A stretch of 64,000 nucleotides of DNA, taken from assembly GCA_034090805.1 (NCBI GenBank), contig JAXDRV010000138.1, forward strand, positions 66,188 to 130,187. Reading direction: 5' to 3'. The DNA comes from Clostridia bacterium (GTDB taxonomy: Bacteria > Bacillota > Clostridia > UBA1381). Below the pieces are notes generated by a model, which was not told where the DNA came from, did no database searches, and was given only the letters and a program-made list of their open reading frames with translations. Numbering within the stretch: the stretch's first letter is position 1; each line of letters opens with the position of its first letter. Shown here in pieces: positions 46,601 to 58,706 of the stretch. Position numbers and translations under genes: made by a program.

Positions 46601-48387
46601 TCAAGCAGGTTGCGTCGGGACGTTTCGGTGTTCATATACACTACCTCAATCAGGCAAAGGAAATTCAGATTAAAATGGCGCAGGGAGCAAAGCCGGGCGA
46701 GGGCGGTCATCTTCCGGGCGGAAAGGTTTATCCGTGGATTGCAAAGGCAAGACATTCAACGCCGGGCGTGGGACTTATCTCACCGCCTCCACACCATGAT
46801 ATATATTCAATCGAGGATTTGGCGCAGCTTATCCATGACCTCAAAAATGCGAACCGTGACGCACGTGTAACGGTTAAGCTTGTTTCCGAGGCGGGAGTAG
46901 GCACGATAGCAGTCGGCGTTGCAAAGGGACGCGCGGACGTAATCCTCATTTCCGGCTATGACGGCGGAACGGGCGCAGCACCGAGAACATCGGTAAGACA
47001 CGCCGGACTTCCGTGGGAGCTGGGCGTTGCGGAAACGCATCAGGCGCTTTTGATGAACAACCTAAGAAACAGAGTTGTAATCGAAACGGACGGTAAGCTG
47101 CTGACGGGACGTGACGTTGCCGTTGCGGCGCTGCTGGGAGCCGAGGAATACGGCTTTGCGACAGGTCCGCTTATCGCAATCGGCTGTGTTATGATGAGAG
47201 TCTGCAATCTCGATACCTGCCCCGTAGGTGTTGCAACGCAGAGCCCGAAGCTCAGAAAGCGTTTTGCCGGAAAGCCGGAATACGTTGAGAATTTCATGCG
47301 GTTTATAGCGCAGGATTTAAGAGAATGGATGGCGAAAATAGGCGTAAGAACAGTTGACGAAATGATCGGTCATGTTGAAATGCTCAGCCAGAAAAAGGTT
47401 GAGGGCAACTGGAAGGCGAAGGAGGTCGACTTCTCGTCACTGCTGTATCAGCCGAAAATATGCACAAACGACTACGAGCGTTATCACAATACAGACCAGG
47501 ATCACGAGCTTGGCAAGACGCTTGATATGAACACGCTCATGCACCTGTGCGCACCGGCTGTGGAAAGCGGCAAAAAGATAAACGCAAAGCTTGAAATAGC
47601 GAACACAAACAGAGTAACAGGCACGATTCTTTCGTCCGAAATCGCAAGAAAATACGGCGAGGAGGGACTGCCGGAGGATACGATATGTCTGACCTTTGAG
47701 GGAAGTGCAGGTCAAAGCTTCGGAGCGTTCCTTGCACCGGGAGTTACCATGCGCCTTGAGGGTGACAGCAACGACTATATCGGCAAGGGTCTTTCGGGCG
47801 GTAAGCTTATAGTTGTACCGAAAAAGGATTCACGCATTAAGCCGTCGGAAAACGTCATCATCGGAAATGTTGCATTTTACGGTGCAATAAAGGGCGAGGC
47901 ATATATCCGAGGTGTTGCGGGAGAGCGTTTCTGTGTCAGAAACTCCGGCATGACCGCCGTTGTTGAGGGCATAGGCGACCACGGCTGCGAGTATATGACG
48001 GGCGGCTGTGTTGCCGTTATCGGAGAAACTGGCAGAAACTTTGCCGCAGGTATGTCGGGCGGCGTGGCATATGTCTATAATAAAGACGGAGAATTTGAGG
48101 CAAAGTGCAACAAGGGCATGGTATCGCTTGAAACACTCGGCGATAAGGACGCTCAAACGCTTAAGTCCATGCTTGAAAAGCACGTAAGATATACCGGCTC
48201 GGACGCTGCAAAGGCAATAGTCGATAGCTTTGACGAGGAACTGAGCAAATTTGTCAAGGTAATACCCAACGATTACAAAAAGGTTATAACCGTCCTTGAC
48301 GAGGAGCTTGAAAAGGGAGCCGACCGTGACAGCGCAATGCTTACGGCATTTGAAAGCGTAACGGGCAAGAAAGTCGAAATCGCATGA
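43693..48387 (+). CDS. gltB: Glutamate synthase large subunit
   Basis: Start [26 protein letters not shown] (ATG 43684 is an alternative; the ORF-track start lies inside the repeat). Ntn-amidotransferase Cys present, plus FMN/Fe-S central domains and a C-terminal GXGXG domain ([11 protein letters not shown]). Confidence 0.93.
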   Translation: [1564 protein letters not shown]

Positions 48388-48401
48388 GGAGGAACTGAAC
48401 C

Positions 48402-49856
48402 ATGGGAAAACCAACAGGATTTTTAGAATATGAAAGAAATCTTCCGAAGGACAGACCTCCTTCGGAGAGAATAAAGGATTATGACGAATTTCACACGCAT
48501 TTTGAGCTTGCAAAGCTTCAGCTTCAGGGTGCAAGGTGCATGGACTGCGGAGTGCCGTTTTGTCATACAGGTCAGGTGATAGGCAGAACGTCAATCGGCT
48601 GTCCGCTGAATAACCTCATACCTGAATGGAACGACCTTGTGTATAAGGGAGATATTGATGAGGCATACAGGAGATTATCTCTTACGAATAATTTTCCGGA
48701 ATTTACGGGACGTGTCTGCCCGGCACTGTGCGAGGGATCATGCACGCTCGGTATGCACGACCCGGCAGTGACGATAAAGAATATCGAATGTCATATAATA
48801 GACACGATGTTTGACGAGGGCAAGGTAAAGCCGAGACTGCCGGAAAAATCAACGGAAAAGCGTGTGGCGGTAGTAGGCTCCGGACCTGCCGGACTTGCGT
48901 GCGCCGACCAGCTAAACCAAATGGGACATCGTGTGACCGTGTTTGAGCGTGCCGACAGAGCGGGAGGTCTGCTTATGTACGGCATACCCAATATGAAGCT
49001 TGACAAAAAGGTTGTCGAAAGACGTGTGAAGCTTATGGAAAAAGAGGGAGTTGTGTTCAAGCTGAATACGGAAATCGGCAAAAATTACCCCTCGGTTAAG
49101 CTTGTAAATGAATTTGACGCTGTTGTACTTTGTACCGGCGCAACAAATCCCAGACCGTTAAAAACGGAGGGTGCAGATTTAAAGGGTGTTCACTATGCGG
49201 TGGATTTTCTTTCAAAAAATACAAAAAGCCTGCTTGATTCGCAGCTTGAGGACAGAATGTATATAAGCGCCGAGGGCAAGAACGTGATTGTAATAGGCGG
49301 CGGAGATACCGGTACGGACTGCGTGGGAACGGCGATACGTCACGGCTGCAAGAGTGTAACTCAGCTTGAGATTATGCCGGAGCTGCCGGAGGACAGACTG
49401 CCGTCAAATCCGTGGCCGGAGTGGCCGAGAGTGAAAAAGACCGACTACGGTCAGGAGGAGGCAATAGAGCTTTACGGAAAAGATCCGAGAGAATACCTCA
49501 CAACGGTTACAAAAATCGAGGGTGACGACATGGGTCAGGTAAAGGCTGTGCATACCGTCCAGGTGGATTGGTCAACCGGTGCGCCCGTACCCGTAAAGGG
49601 AACGGAGCAGGTACGTGACTGCGAGCTTGTGCTTATCGCAATGGGATTTTTGGGACCGGAGCAGGAGCTTGTAAGGCAGCTTACCCTTGCGTCGGATAAC
49701 AGAAGCAACATCAAAGCCTCCGAGGAGGATTACAAAACGACACTCAAGGGAGTGTTTGCCGCAGGCGACTGCCGCAGAGGTCAGAGTCTTGTTGTATGGG
49801 CAATCCGAGAGGGCAGAAGAGCCGCAGACGCAGTAAACGAATATTTAATGAAATAA
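48402..49856 (+). CDS. gltD: Glutamate synthase small subunit (NAD(P)H-dependent)
   Basis: N-terminal Cys cluster CMDCGVPFC...CPALCEGSC. Dinucleotide folds [14 protein letters not shown] and [11 protein letters not shown]. Confidence 0.9.
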   Translation: MGKPTGFLEYERNLPKDRPPSERIKDYDEFHTHFELAKLQLQGARCMDCGVPFCHTGQVIGRTSIGCPLNNLIPEWNDLVYKGDIDEAYRRLSLTNNFPEFTGRVCPALCEGSCTLGMHDPAVTIKNIECHIIDTMFDEGKVKPRLPEKSTEKRVAVVGSGPAGLACADQLNQMGHRVTVFERADRAGGLLMYGIPNMKLDKKVVERRVKLMEKEGVVFKLNTEIGKNYPSVKLVNEFDAVVLCTGATNPRPLKTEGADLKGVHYAVDFLSKNTKSLLDSQLEDRMYISAEGKNVIVIGGGDTGTDCVGTAIRHGCKSVTQLEIMPELPEDRLPSNPWPEWPRVKKTDYGQEEAIELYGKDPREYLTTVTKIEGDDMGQVKAVHTVQVDWSTGAPVPVKGTEQVRDCELVLIAMGFLGPEQELVRQLTLASDNRSNIKASEEDYKTTLKGVFAAGDCRRGQSLVVWAIREGRRAADAVNEYLMK

Positions 49857-49971
49857 ACAAAATATGTCTGTCTTAATTGTGCAGTATTACTCTTGAAGCT
49901 AAGCAAAAAGCGTGGTAGTATATATATGGTATTTTACGGTAAGTAAAAATAATTATAGACGGAGGAATATC

Positions 49972-50802
49972 ATGTATATAAGATTTAAAGACGGAAAGCG
50001 CAAGGCGCTCACATTAAGCTATGATGACGGAGTTGTTCAGGATATACGGCTTTCGGATATTATGAAAAAGAACGGCATAAAGGGTACGTTCAACATTAAC
50101 AGCGGGACATATCTTGATGAGGAGGCTGTTCGTGAGAAGTATTACGGCAGAATGAAGCTTTCGGAGGCAAAGGCACTCTACACAAATTCGGGCAATGAGG
50201 TGGCTGTTCATGCGTATACGCATCCTCGGCTTGAATTGCTTGATACGACAGAGATATTAAGCGAAGTTATTGAGGACAGAAAATCAATAGAAAAGGAATA
50301 CGGAACTATAGCAAGAGGCATGGCGTATCCTTTCGGAACCTACAGCGATAAGGTTGTCGAGGCACTTAAAATGTGCGGCATATGCTATTCAAGAACAACG
50401 AAGGCAACGGAGAGCTTCGGACTCCCGGAAAATTGGCTGACGCTTGACCCGACGTGCCACCACAACAACCCAAGGCTTATGGAGCTTGCAAAGCAATTTG
50501 TTGAAGAAGAACCGAGATGGGGCGGAGTGTGGATGTTCTATCTTTGGGGACACAGCTATGAGTTTGACAATAATGATAACTGGAACGTCATAGAGGAATT
50601 TTGTGAATACATGGGCGGCAGAGATGATATTTGGTATGCAACCAATATAGAAATATACGACTATGTAAAAGCATATGAGAATCTGCAAACGAGTGTAGAT
50701 AAAAAAATCATACACAATCCGTCAAATACGGACGTATGGGCAGAGCATAACGGCAAAGTAATAAAAATCAAGGCAGGCGAAACGGTAACGCTTGACGATT
50801 AA
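49972..50802 (+). CDS. Polysaccharide deacetylase family protein
   Basis: ATG 49972 lies 7 nt after GGAGGAA. Motifs LTLSYDDGVVQD and HAYTHP. Confidence 0.8.
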   Translation: MYIRFKDGKRKALTLSYDDGVVQDIRLSDIMKKNGIKGTFNINSGTYLDEEAVREKYYGRMKLSEAKALYTNSGNEVAVHAYTHPRLELLDTTEILSEVIEDRKSIEKEYGTIARGMAYPFGTYSDKVVEALKMCGICYSRTTKATESFGLPENWLTLDPTCHHNNPRLMELAKQFVEEEPRWGGVWMFYLWGHSYEFDNNDNWNVIEEFCEYMGGRDDIWYATNIEIYDYVKAYENLQTSVDKKIIHNPSNTDVWAEHNGKVIKIKAGETVTLDD

Positions 50803-50805
50803 TTT

Positions 50806-50838
50806 AAAACGGCTCGGAAAAGTTATCCGAGCCGTTTT
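50806..50838. terminator. Bidirectional terminator
   Basis: AAAACGGCTCGG-AAAAGTTAT-CCGAGCCGTTTT. Confidence 0.85.
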
Positions 50839-50847
50839 GTACGTTAT

Positions 50848-51648
50848 TTACCATGTACGTGATTTCATTTCCTTAAATTGTCCGACGGTTGAAACGTGAG
50901 CGTTTAAGCCGCCGTCAACGGTAACAACCTGACCTGTGAAGTATTCGCTTTCATCAGATGCCAGATAAACGCACATATTAGCAATATCCTTCGGATTCCC
51001 GTAACGGTTGACCATGATGTTGTTTAGAAAAATATCCTTAAGCGCCTGAGGTACGTGTGCTTCGTTTTCGGGTGTGACAATCAGACCGGGACGCACGCAG
51101 TTGCAGCGGATATTGTCCTTGCCGTACTGCAATGCCGTTGATTTTGTCAGCATATCAACTCCGGCTTTAGCACAAGCATATGCAGTCGAACCCAAATCTC
51201 CGCCGCATGATGCCATAGAGCCGATGTTAATAATCGAACCGCCGTTATTTTCCTTCATATACGGCAAAATGCACTTTATTGCATAGAATGTGCCGCGGAG
51301 ATCGCTTTGGAAAATTCCGTCCCACATTTCAAGCGTCAATTCGTCCACACGTCCGTCCTTGAGGGCAACGTTGGCGGCATTGTTTACCAAAATATCGATT
51401 TTTCCGTATTTATCGGCAGTATCCTGGAATAAAGCCTCAATACTGTCCGTTGCGGTAATATCCATAAAATGATAATATGCCTCTCCGCCCTCGTTTACTA
51501 TGCTGTCAACCACAGCCTGTCCCTTTGCCTCACGGCGTCCGCAGACAACAACCTTTGCACCCTCCGCGGCAAAAAGCTTTGCAATTCCTACGCCTATTCC
51601 GCTTGTTGAGCCTGTTACAACAGCAACCTTTCCTTTTAATCTGTCCAT
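50848..51648 (-). CDS. SDR-family oxidoreductase
   Basis: Motif TGSTSGIG, NNAA, and catalytic S...YACAKAG (YxxxK). Confidence 0.88.
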   Translation of the reverse strand: MDRLKGKVAVVTGSTSGIGVGIAKLFAAEGAKVVVCGRREAKGQAVVDSIVNEGGEAYYHFMDITATDSIEALFQDTADKYGKIDILVNNAANVALKDGRVDELTLEMWDGIFQSDLRGTFYAIKCILPYMKENNGGSIINIGSMASCGGDLGSTAYACAKAGVDMLTKSTALQYGKDNIRCNCVRPGLIVTPENEAHVPQALKDIFLNNIMVNRYGNPKDIANMCVYLASDESEYFTGQVVTVDGGLNAHVSTVGQFKEMKSRTW

Positions 51649-51679
51649 TTCAACCTTCCTCCTTTTTGGTTCAATATGC

Positions 51680-51935
51680 TAAGTAATTGTAAAATATCGG
51701 TTTTGATTTGAGAGTATTTTTGATTTTATTCAGACTCAAACATCCCTTGCGGTAACTCGTCTGAACAAACTCAAAAACACCCTCAAATCTCCCAATTCGT
51801 TACAGTTTCGGGGGGATTTGTGATGTTTCCGGTTAAGCTTCGGCGAGTTCCGAACGCAGTGCGGGTGTTTGTGCCAAAGCTTAATCGGAAATACCCCCAA
51901 TTCGGTGACGGTAATCCGCATTTTACAATTACCTG
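51680..51935 (+). mobile_element. MITE-like repeat, composite form (modules A and B)
   Basis: Ends TAAGTAATTGTAAAAT ... ATTTTACAATTACCTG. Collinear with the 10550 copy. Weak flank repeat TTCAATATG / TTTAATCTG. Confidence 0.85.
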
Positions 51936-52034
51936 AATTTAATCTGTAATTATATTATAAACCATTATGAGGAAAAAATCAATAGCATTTTTATTTTAAT
52001 AGGATAAATTATTATTAATTTTATAATTTGTTCA

Positions 52035-54488
<2,454 letters not shown>

Positions 54489-54495
54489 AATATAA

Positions 54496-54861
54496 ATGAG
54501 AGTGTTATCATGTGTTTGCGCTGTGCTTATAACCGGCGTGTGTGCAGGCTGCGGAGCGGCAGAGAGCGGCAGTGTTGCCGTTATAAGGTCAGACGGGGAA
54601 ATAATTGATGAAATAGATCTTGAAAAATACGGCGGGGACGGGCAGTTTACCGTTTCCGCCTCAAACGGCGGCGAAAACGTGATTGAAATTGCGGACGGCT
54701 GTATAAGCGTTGTTTCGGCATCGTGTCCGGATAAGATATGCATTCATCAGGGGAAGCGGGGCAAAAACTGCAAAAATTCCGCTCCCATAGTCTGTCTGCC
54801 GAACAGGCTGAGCATAGAGATAAAGAAAGGTGCGGAAGAAGCCGATGCCGTATCGGAGTAA
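54496..54861 (+). CDS. NusG-domain-II-like lipoprotein
   Basis: Lipobox-like VCAGCG. Motifs CPDKICIHQG ... IVCLPNRLSIEI. Family call is from memory. Confidence 0.65.
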   Translation: MRVLSCVCAVLITGVCAGCGAAESGSVAVIRSDGEIIDEIDLEKYGGDGQFTVSASNGGENVIEIADGCISVVSASCPDKICIHQGKRGKNCKNSAPIVCLPNRLSIEIKKGAEEADAVSE

Positions 54862-54889
54862 CGCATATAAACATGAAAGGAGTGAGCTT

Positions 54890-55573
54890 ATGCCCGAAAA
54901 TATACACAGCGGACACAGAAAGAGAATGCGCAGCCGATTTGACAAAGTGAGCTTTGAGGGCTGGTCTGAGCATGAGGTGCTTGAATATCTTTTGTTCTTT
55001 GTGTACAGGCGTTCCGATACAAACGCACTGGCGCACAGGCTGATAGACAGATTCGGCAGCCTGGAGGGCATATTTGAGGCAACGCAGCAGGAGCTTTGCA
55101 AAGTAAAGGGCGTGGGAGAGCAGGCGGCGTATTTTATGCGTGCCGTAGGCTCGGCGATTAAGTATATCGAAACCAACAGAACGCCGGAGGTGAGGATAAA
55201 CAAAGCCAATATCGGAAAGTATCTTTCGGGTATTTTTGCGAGCAAAAAGCGTGAATGTTTTTATCTTATTCTGCTTGATAAGAATATGCACGTGATAACG
55301 AATGTTGAAATGTCACATGGGGATTTTGAGCATACCGATATTGATATAAGTGAAATTATCAATATTGCAGTGAAGCATGAGGCAGCGGTTGCAATAGCCG
55401 CACATAATCACCCCAGCGGAGTGCTTGCGCCGTCGGAGGCGGATATAACGACAACAAGAATAATCAGCGAGGCACTTGCGCTTGTAAATTCCCGTCTTTA
55501 TGAGCATTACATCTTCAGCGGCGGGGAATATACGGGGATAATTGAATTTATGAACAAAAAGAAAAAGCATTAA
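54890..55573 (+). CDS. radC: RadC-family JAB/MPN-domain protein
   Basis: ATG 54890 lies 8 nt after AAAGGAG. HhH region present, plus JAMM motif AAHNHPSGVLAPSEAD. Confidence 0.85.
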   Translation: MPENIHSGHRKRMRSRFDKVSFEGWSEHEVLEYLLFFVYRRSDTNALAHRLIDRFGSLEGIFEATQQELCKVKGVGEQAAYFMRAVGSAIKYIETNRTPEVRINKANIGKYLSGIFASKKRECFYLILLDKNMHVITNVEMSHGDFEHTDIDISEIINIAVKHEAAVAIAAHNHPSGVLAPSEADITTTRIISEALALVNSRLYEHYIFSGGEYTGIIEFMNKKKKH

Positions 55574-55589
55574 AATAATGCTCACTGAA

Positions 55590-55821
55590 CAAATGCGATT
55601 TTCAATCGCATTTGGAAAAATTATGACTATTGTCAAAATTTTTCGTGTAAAATCAGGGATTTTACACAGTTCGCATTGATAAAGTCTGCTAAAATAAATA
55701 TTTTGATAACAAAATATTTATTTGTGGTGCAAGGATTTTTTCATATTTATGAAAAAATCCTTGCACCCAAACAATTATGAAACGCTTTTAAGCCGCCATG
55801 CGGCTGCGTTTCATAATTGTT
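55590..55821. other. Cluster of five perfect palindromes (stems 9-19 bp)
   Basis: Palindromes: 55590-55614 (11 bp), 55645-55667 (9 bp), 55692-55723 (13 bp), 55726-55767 (19 bp), and 55770-55821 (16 bp outer plus 6 bp inner). Confidence 0.9.
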
Positions 55822-56012
55822 CAGCAGTCATTAAAATAGATTTGAGATGATTTTTATCTGTTCTAATGGGATAACTTGAAAAATAAGAAACGCATCTTAC
55901 CGCACTCAGCAGCTTGAAGTATGCACATACATCGGCATTGCTTTGTGCGGCAATTTGCGTTCACCGAAAATAAACTCGAATGTAAGGAGTACGTGTTTTG
56001 CGGCAGCCGTAT

Positions 56013-56567
56013 TTAATCGTCCTCCGACGGCTTTTCCGGGAATGCGTTTACGATTGCTTCGTATACCTCGCCGTAATGCTCCTTGAAATATACGGCTATA
56101 CGCTCTGCCTCGGCACGTGATCCCGCATACAGAGTAAGCCCCATAAGCTCGGTTTTGTCATCATCATAGAGATGACATTCCGCTGCGTATTCGTTGCGGC
56201 GGACGGGAATAATATCACCCTTGACAGCATTTTTTCTGCGTTTTTCTATGTACATTTCCTTTATCGAATCGAGAATGGGTTCACGTATGTATATCGGAAT
56301 ATGACTTGTGAAAAATTCCACTGCGGCTGCGCCCTTTTCGGTGGGGGCGAATTTTTGGATATTTCCGGCAAGGATATATTGGCTTATGTGCTTTGTTACG
56401 AGCAAATTATCGAGAGCAAGCTGGAAATCCGTAAAATTTATGTTGCAGTTTTCAAGAACGAGATTGACAAGGTCGCTGTACGCCAAATCCTCGTCCGCTT
56501 TTGTGAGTGTGAAAAGTATTATAAACTGAATAAGCACCGAATCGTCTATTTCACGTTGATAAAGCAT
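56013..56567 (-). CDS. Hypothetical protein (probably the clostridial DUF4364 family)
   Basis: 184-aa intact ORF convergent with radC. N-terminus IQFIILFTLTKADEDLAYSDLVNLVLE. Family assignment is from memory only. Confidence 0.55.
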   Translation of the reverse strand: MLYQREIDDSVLIQFIILFTLTKADEDLAYSDLVNLVLENCNINFTDFQLALDNLLVTKHISQYILAGNIQKFAPTEKGAAAVEFFTSHIPIYIREPILDSIKEMYIEKRRKNAVKGDIIPVRRNEYAAECHLYDDDKTELMGLTLYAGSRAEAERIAVYFKEHYGEVYEAIVNAFPEKPSEDD

Positions 56568-56732
56568 ATTTGATCATTTCCCTTCATTATAGGTATGCGG
56601 ACGGTGTCCGTAATTATTATACCACATCGAACATATTATGTAAAGATATTTTTAAATTGTATGAAATTTATGTTGAATTAACAAATCCGATGTGATACAA
56701 TATAAGAAAACACGGAAAAGGAGAGGTTATAA

Positions 56733-57383
56733 ATGGCAAGAAAGCTTTCGCCGGAGGAGGAGCTGTCAAGGCTTGAGGAAATGTATTCCATAGAGCGAGC
56801 CAAGGCAGCGGAGGGGTACAAAATAATATGCGGCGTTGATGAGGCGGGGCGCGGACCACTTGCGGGACCTGTATATGCGGCTGCCGTTATACTGCCCGAC
56901 GGACTTGTTATACCGGGACTTAACGACTCAAAAAAGCTCTCCGAAAAACGGCGTGAGGAGCTGTTTGATATAATCATTGAAAAGGCTGCCGCCTATGCGA
57001 TAGCGTCCGTTGACGAGCGGCGCATAGATGAAATAAATATTTTAAACGCAGACTTTGAAGCGATGAATACGGCGGTTTCCGCGCTTAAGCTTAAGCCGGA
57101 TTTTGTGCTTGTGGACGGAAACATAATGCGGGGAATGACTTTGCCTCACGAAACAGTCGTAAAGGGTGATTCAAAATCCGCATCGATAGCGGCGGCATCT
57201 ATTTTGGCAAAGGTGAGCCGTGACAGGTATATGACAGCGGCAGCGGAAAGGTATCCCGAATACGGCTTTGAAAAGCATAAGGGCTACGGCACGAAGGCGC
57301 ATAACGAAGCCATACTTAAATACGGTCCGTGCGAGCTTCACAGGCGCACGTTTTTGAAAAAGCTTCTCGGTGACAGGCAATGA
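56733..57383 (+). CDS. rnhB: Ribonuclease HII
   Basis: Motif GVDEAGRGPLAGPVYAAAV and DSKKLS. Confidence 0.92.
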   Translation: MARKLSPEEELSRLEEMYSIERAKAAEGYKIICGVDEAGRGPLAGPVYAAAVILPDGLVIPGLNDSKKLSEKRREELFDIIIEKAAAYAIASVDERRIDEINILNADFEAMNTAVSALKLKPDFVLVDGNIMRGMTLPHETVVKGDSKSASIAAASILAKVSRDRYMTAAAERYPEYGFEKHKGYGTKAHNEAILKYGPCELHRRTFLKKLLGDRQ

Positions 57384-57745
57384 ATACAAAGCAGATAGGT
57401 GATTACGGAGAAAATGCGGCGGCAGCGTATCTTGAATACAAGGGATATGAAATAGTAAAAAGAAATTACCGCATACGAAACGGAGAAATCGATATTATTG
57501 CACGTGACACGAACGGTACGCTTGTTTTTGCCGAGGTGAAAACACGCAGCAGAACCGATTACGGCTTGGCGGCGGAATACGTAGACGCAAAAAAGAGGGA
57601 GCGGCTTATAAGAACGGCGCTGATATTCACGGGACGTGATGATATAGACATGAGGTTTGACGTGGTTGAGGTTTATTATTCGGTTGAAAACGGAGGGATA
57701 AAGCTTACAAGGATTAATCACATTAAAAATGCATTTGGAGGCTGA
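57380..57745 (+). CDS. YraN-family (UPF0102) endonuclease-like protein
   Basis: ATGA overlap with rnhB. Motifs GEIDIIA and FAEVKTR. Confidence 0.85.
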   Translation: MNTKQIGDYGENAAAAYLEYKGYEIVKRNYRIRNGEIDIIARDTNGTLVFAEVKTRSRTDYGLAAEYVDAKKRERLIRTALIFTGRDDIDMRFDVVEVYYSVENGGIKLTRINHIKNAFGG

Positions 57746-57833
57746 TGCGGAGCAGCATATTTTTCTGAGCGGATATACGTCTGAACCGAAAAGTAATTTG
57801 TTTGTTTTTTGTATCGGCGGAACGGAGATTGAT

Positions 57834-58706
57834 ATGGAATATAAAATATTTGACGCACACTGCGACACGCTCTGTAAACTGAACGATTTGGGCGGCTCTG
57901 CGGAGGAAAACGATTTTCACATTGACATAAAAAGAATGAGTAAATACAAAAAGTATACGCAGGTGTTTGCGTGCTTTATCGCACCGGAATACAGAAGCTG
58001 CGCTTTTGAGAGGTTTGCGGAGCTTTCGGATACATTTTACGAAAGCATACCCAACGGAATACTCAGCATAGAGGGCGGCAACATGATAAGCAGCTTGAAA
58101 ATGCTCAGAACTCTTTCAAGACTCGGAGTGCGCATTGCTGCGCTTACATGGAATTATTCAAACCACATAGCGTCGGGCGTGAACGAGCCGGATAAAACGA
58201 GGGGGCTTACACAATTCGGGAAAAAGGTTATTCTTGAGATGAACAGGCTTAATATGCTGATAGATTATTCGCACCTGAATGACAGATCCTTTTACGACAT
58301 TGCCGAAATATCGAAGCTGCCGATAGTCGCAACTCACTCAAGCTCAAGAGCCGTATGCGCGCATCCGAGAAATCTTACCGATGAGCAGTTTGGAATGATA
58401 ATAAAAACGGGCGGCTGTGCGGGTATAAATATTTATCCGCCGTTTCTTAAGGAAAGCGGTGATGCGGATATTGACGATATAGTAAAGCACATTGAGCATT
58501 TCATGAGCATGGGCGGCGGTAAAAATATCGGCTTGGGAGCTGATTTTGACGGTGTTGACTGTCTGCCGAGGGGAATAAGAGGGTGTGAGGATTTGTATAA
58601 AATTCCCGAACGGCTGCTGCAAATGAATTACCCGGAATGCGTTGTTGAGGATATTACATACAATAATTTTGACAGAATATTTAACGGAGGAAAGAACAAT
58701 GCCTAA
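57834..58706 (+). CDS. Membrane dipeptidase (M19 family)
   Basis: Start MEYKIFDAHCDTL (GGAG 9 nt upstream). Motifs LTWNYSN and ATHSSSRA. Confidence 0.85.
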   Translation: MEYKIFDAHCDTLCKLNDLGGSAEENDFHIDIKRMSKYKKYTQVFACFIAPEYRSCAFERFAELSDTFYESIPNGILSIEGGNMISSLKMLRTLSRLGVRIAALTWNYSNHIASGVNEPDKTRGLTQFGKKVILEMNRLNMLIDYSHLNDRSFYDIAEISKLPIVATHSSSRAVCAHPRNLTDEQFGMIIKTGGCAGINIYPPFLKESGDADIDDIVKHIEHFMSMGGGKNIGLGADFDGVDCLPRGIRGCEDLYKIPERLLQMNYPECVVEDITYNNFDRIFNGGKNNA

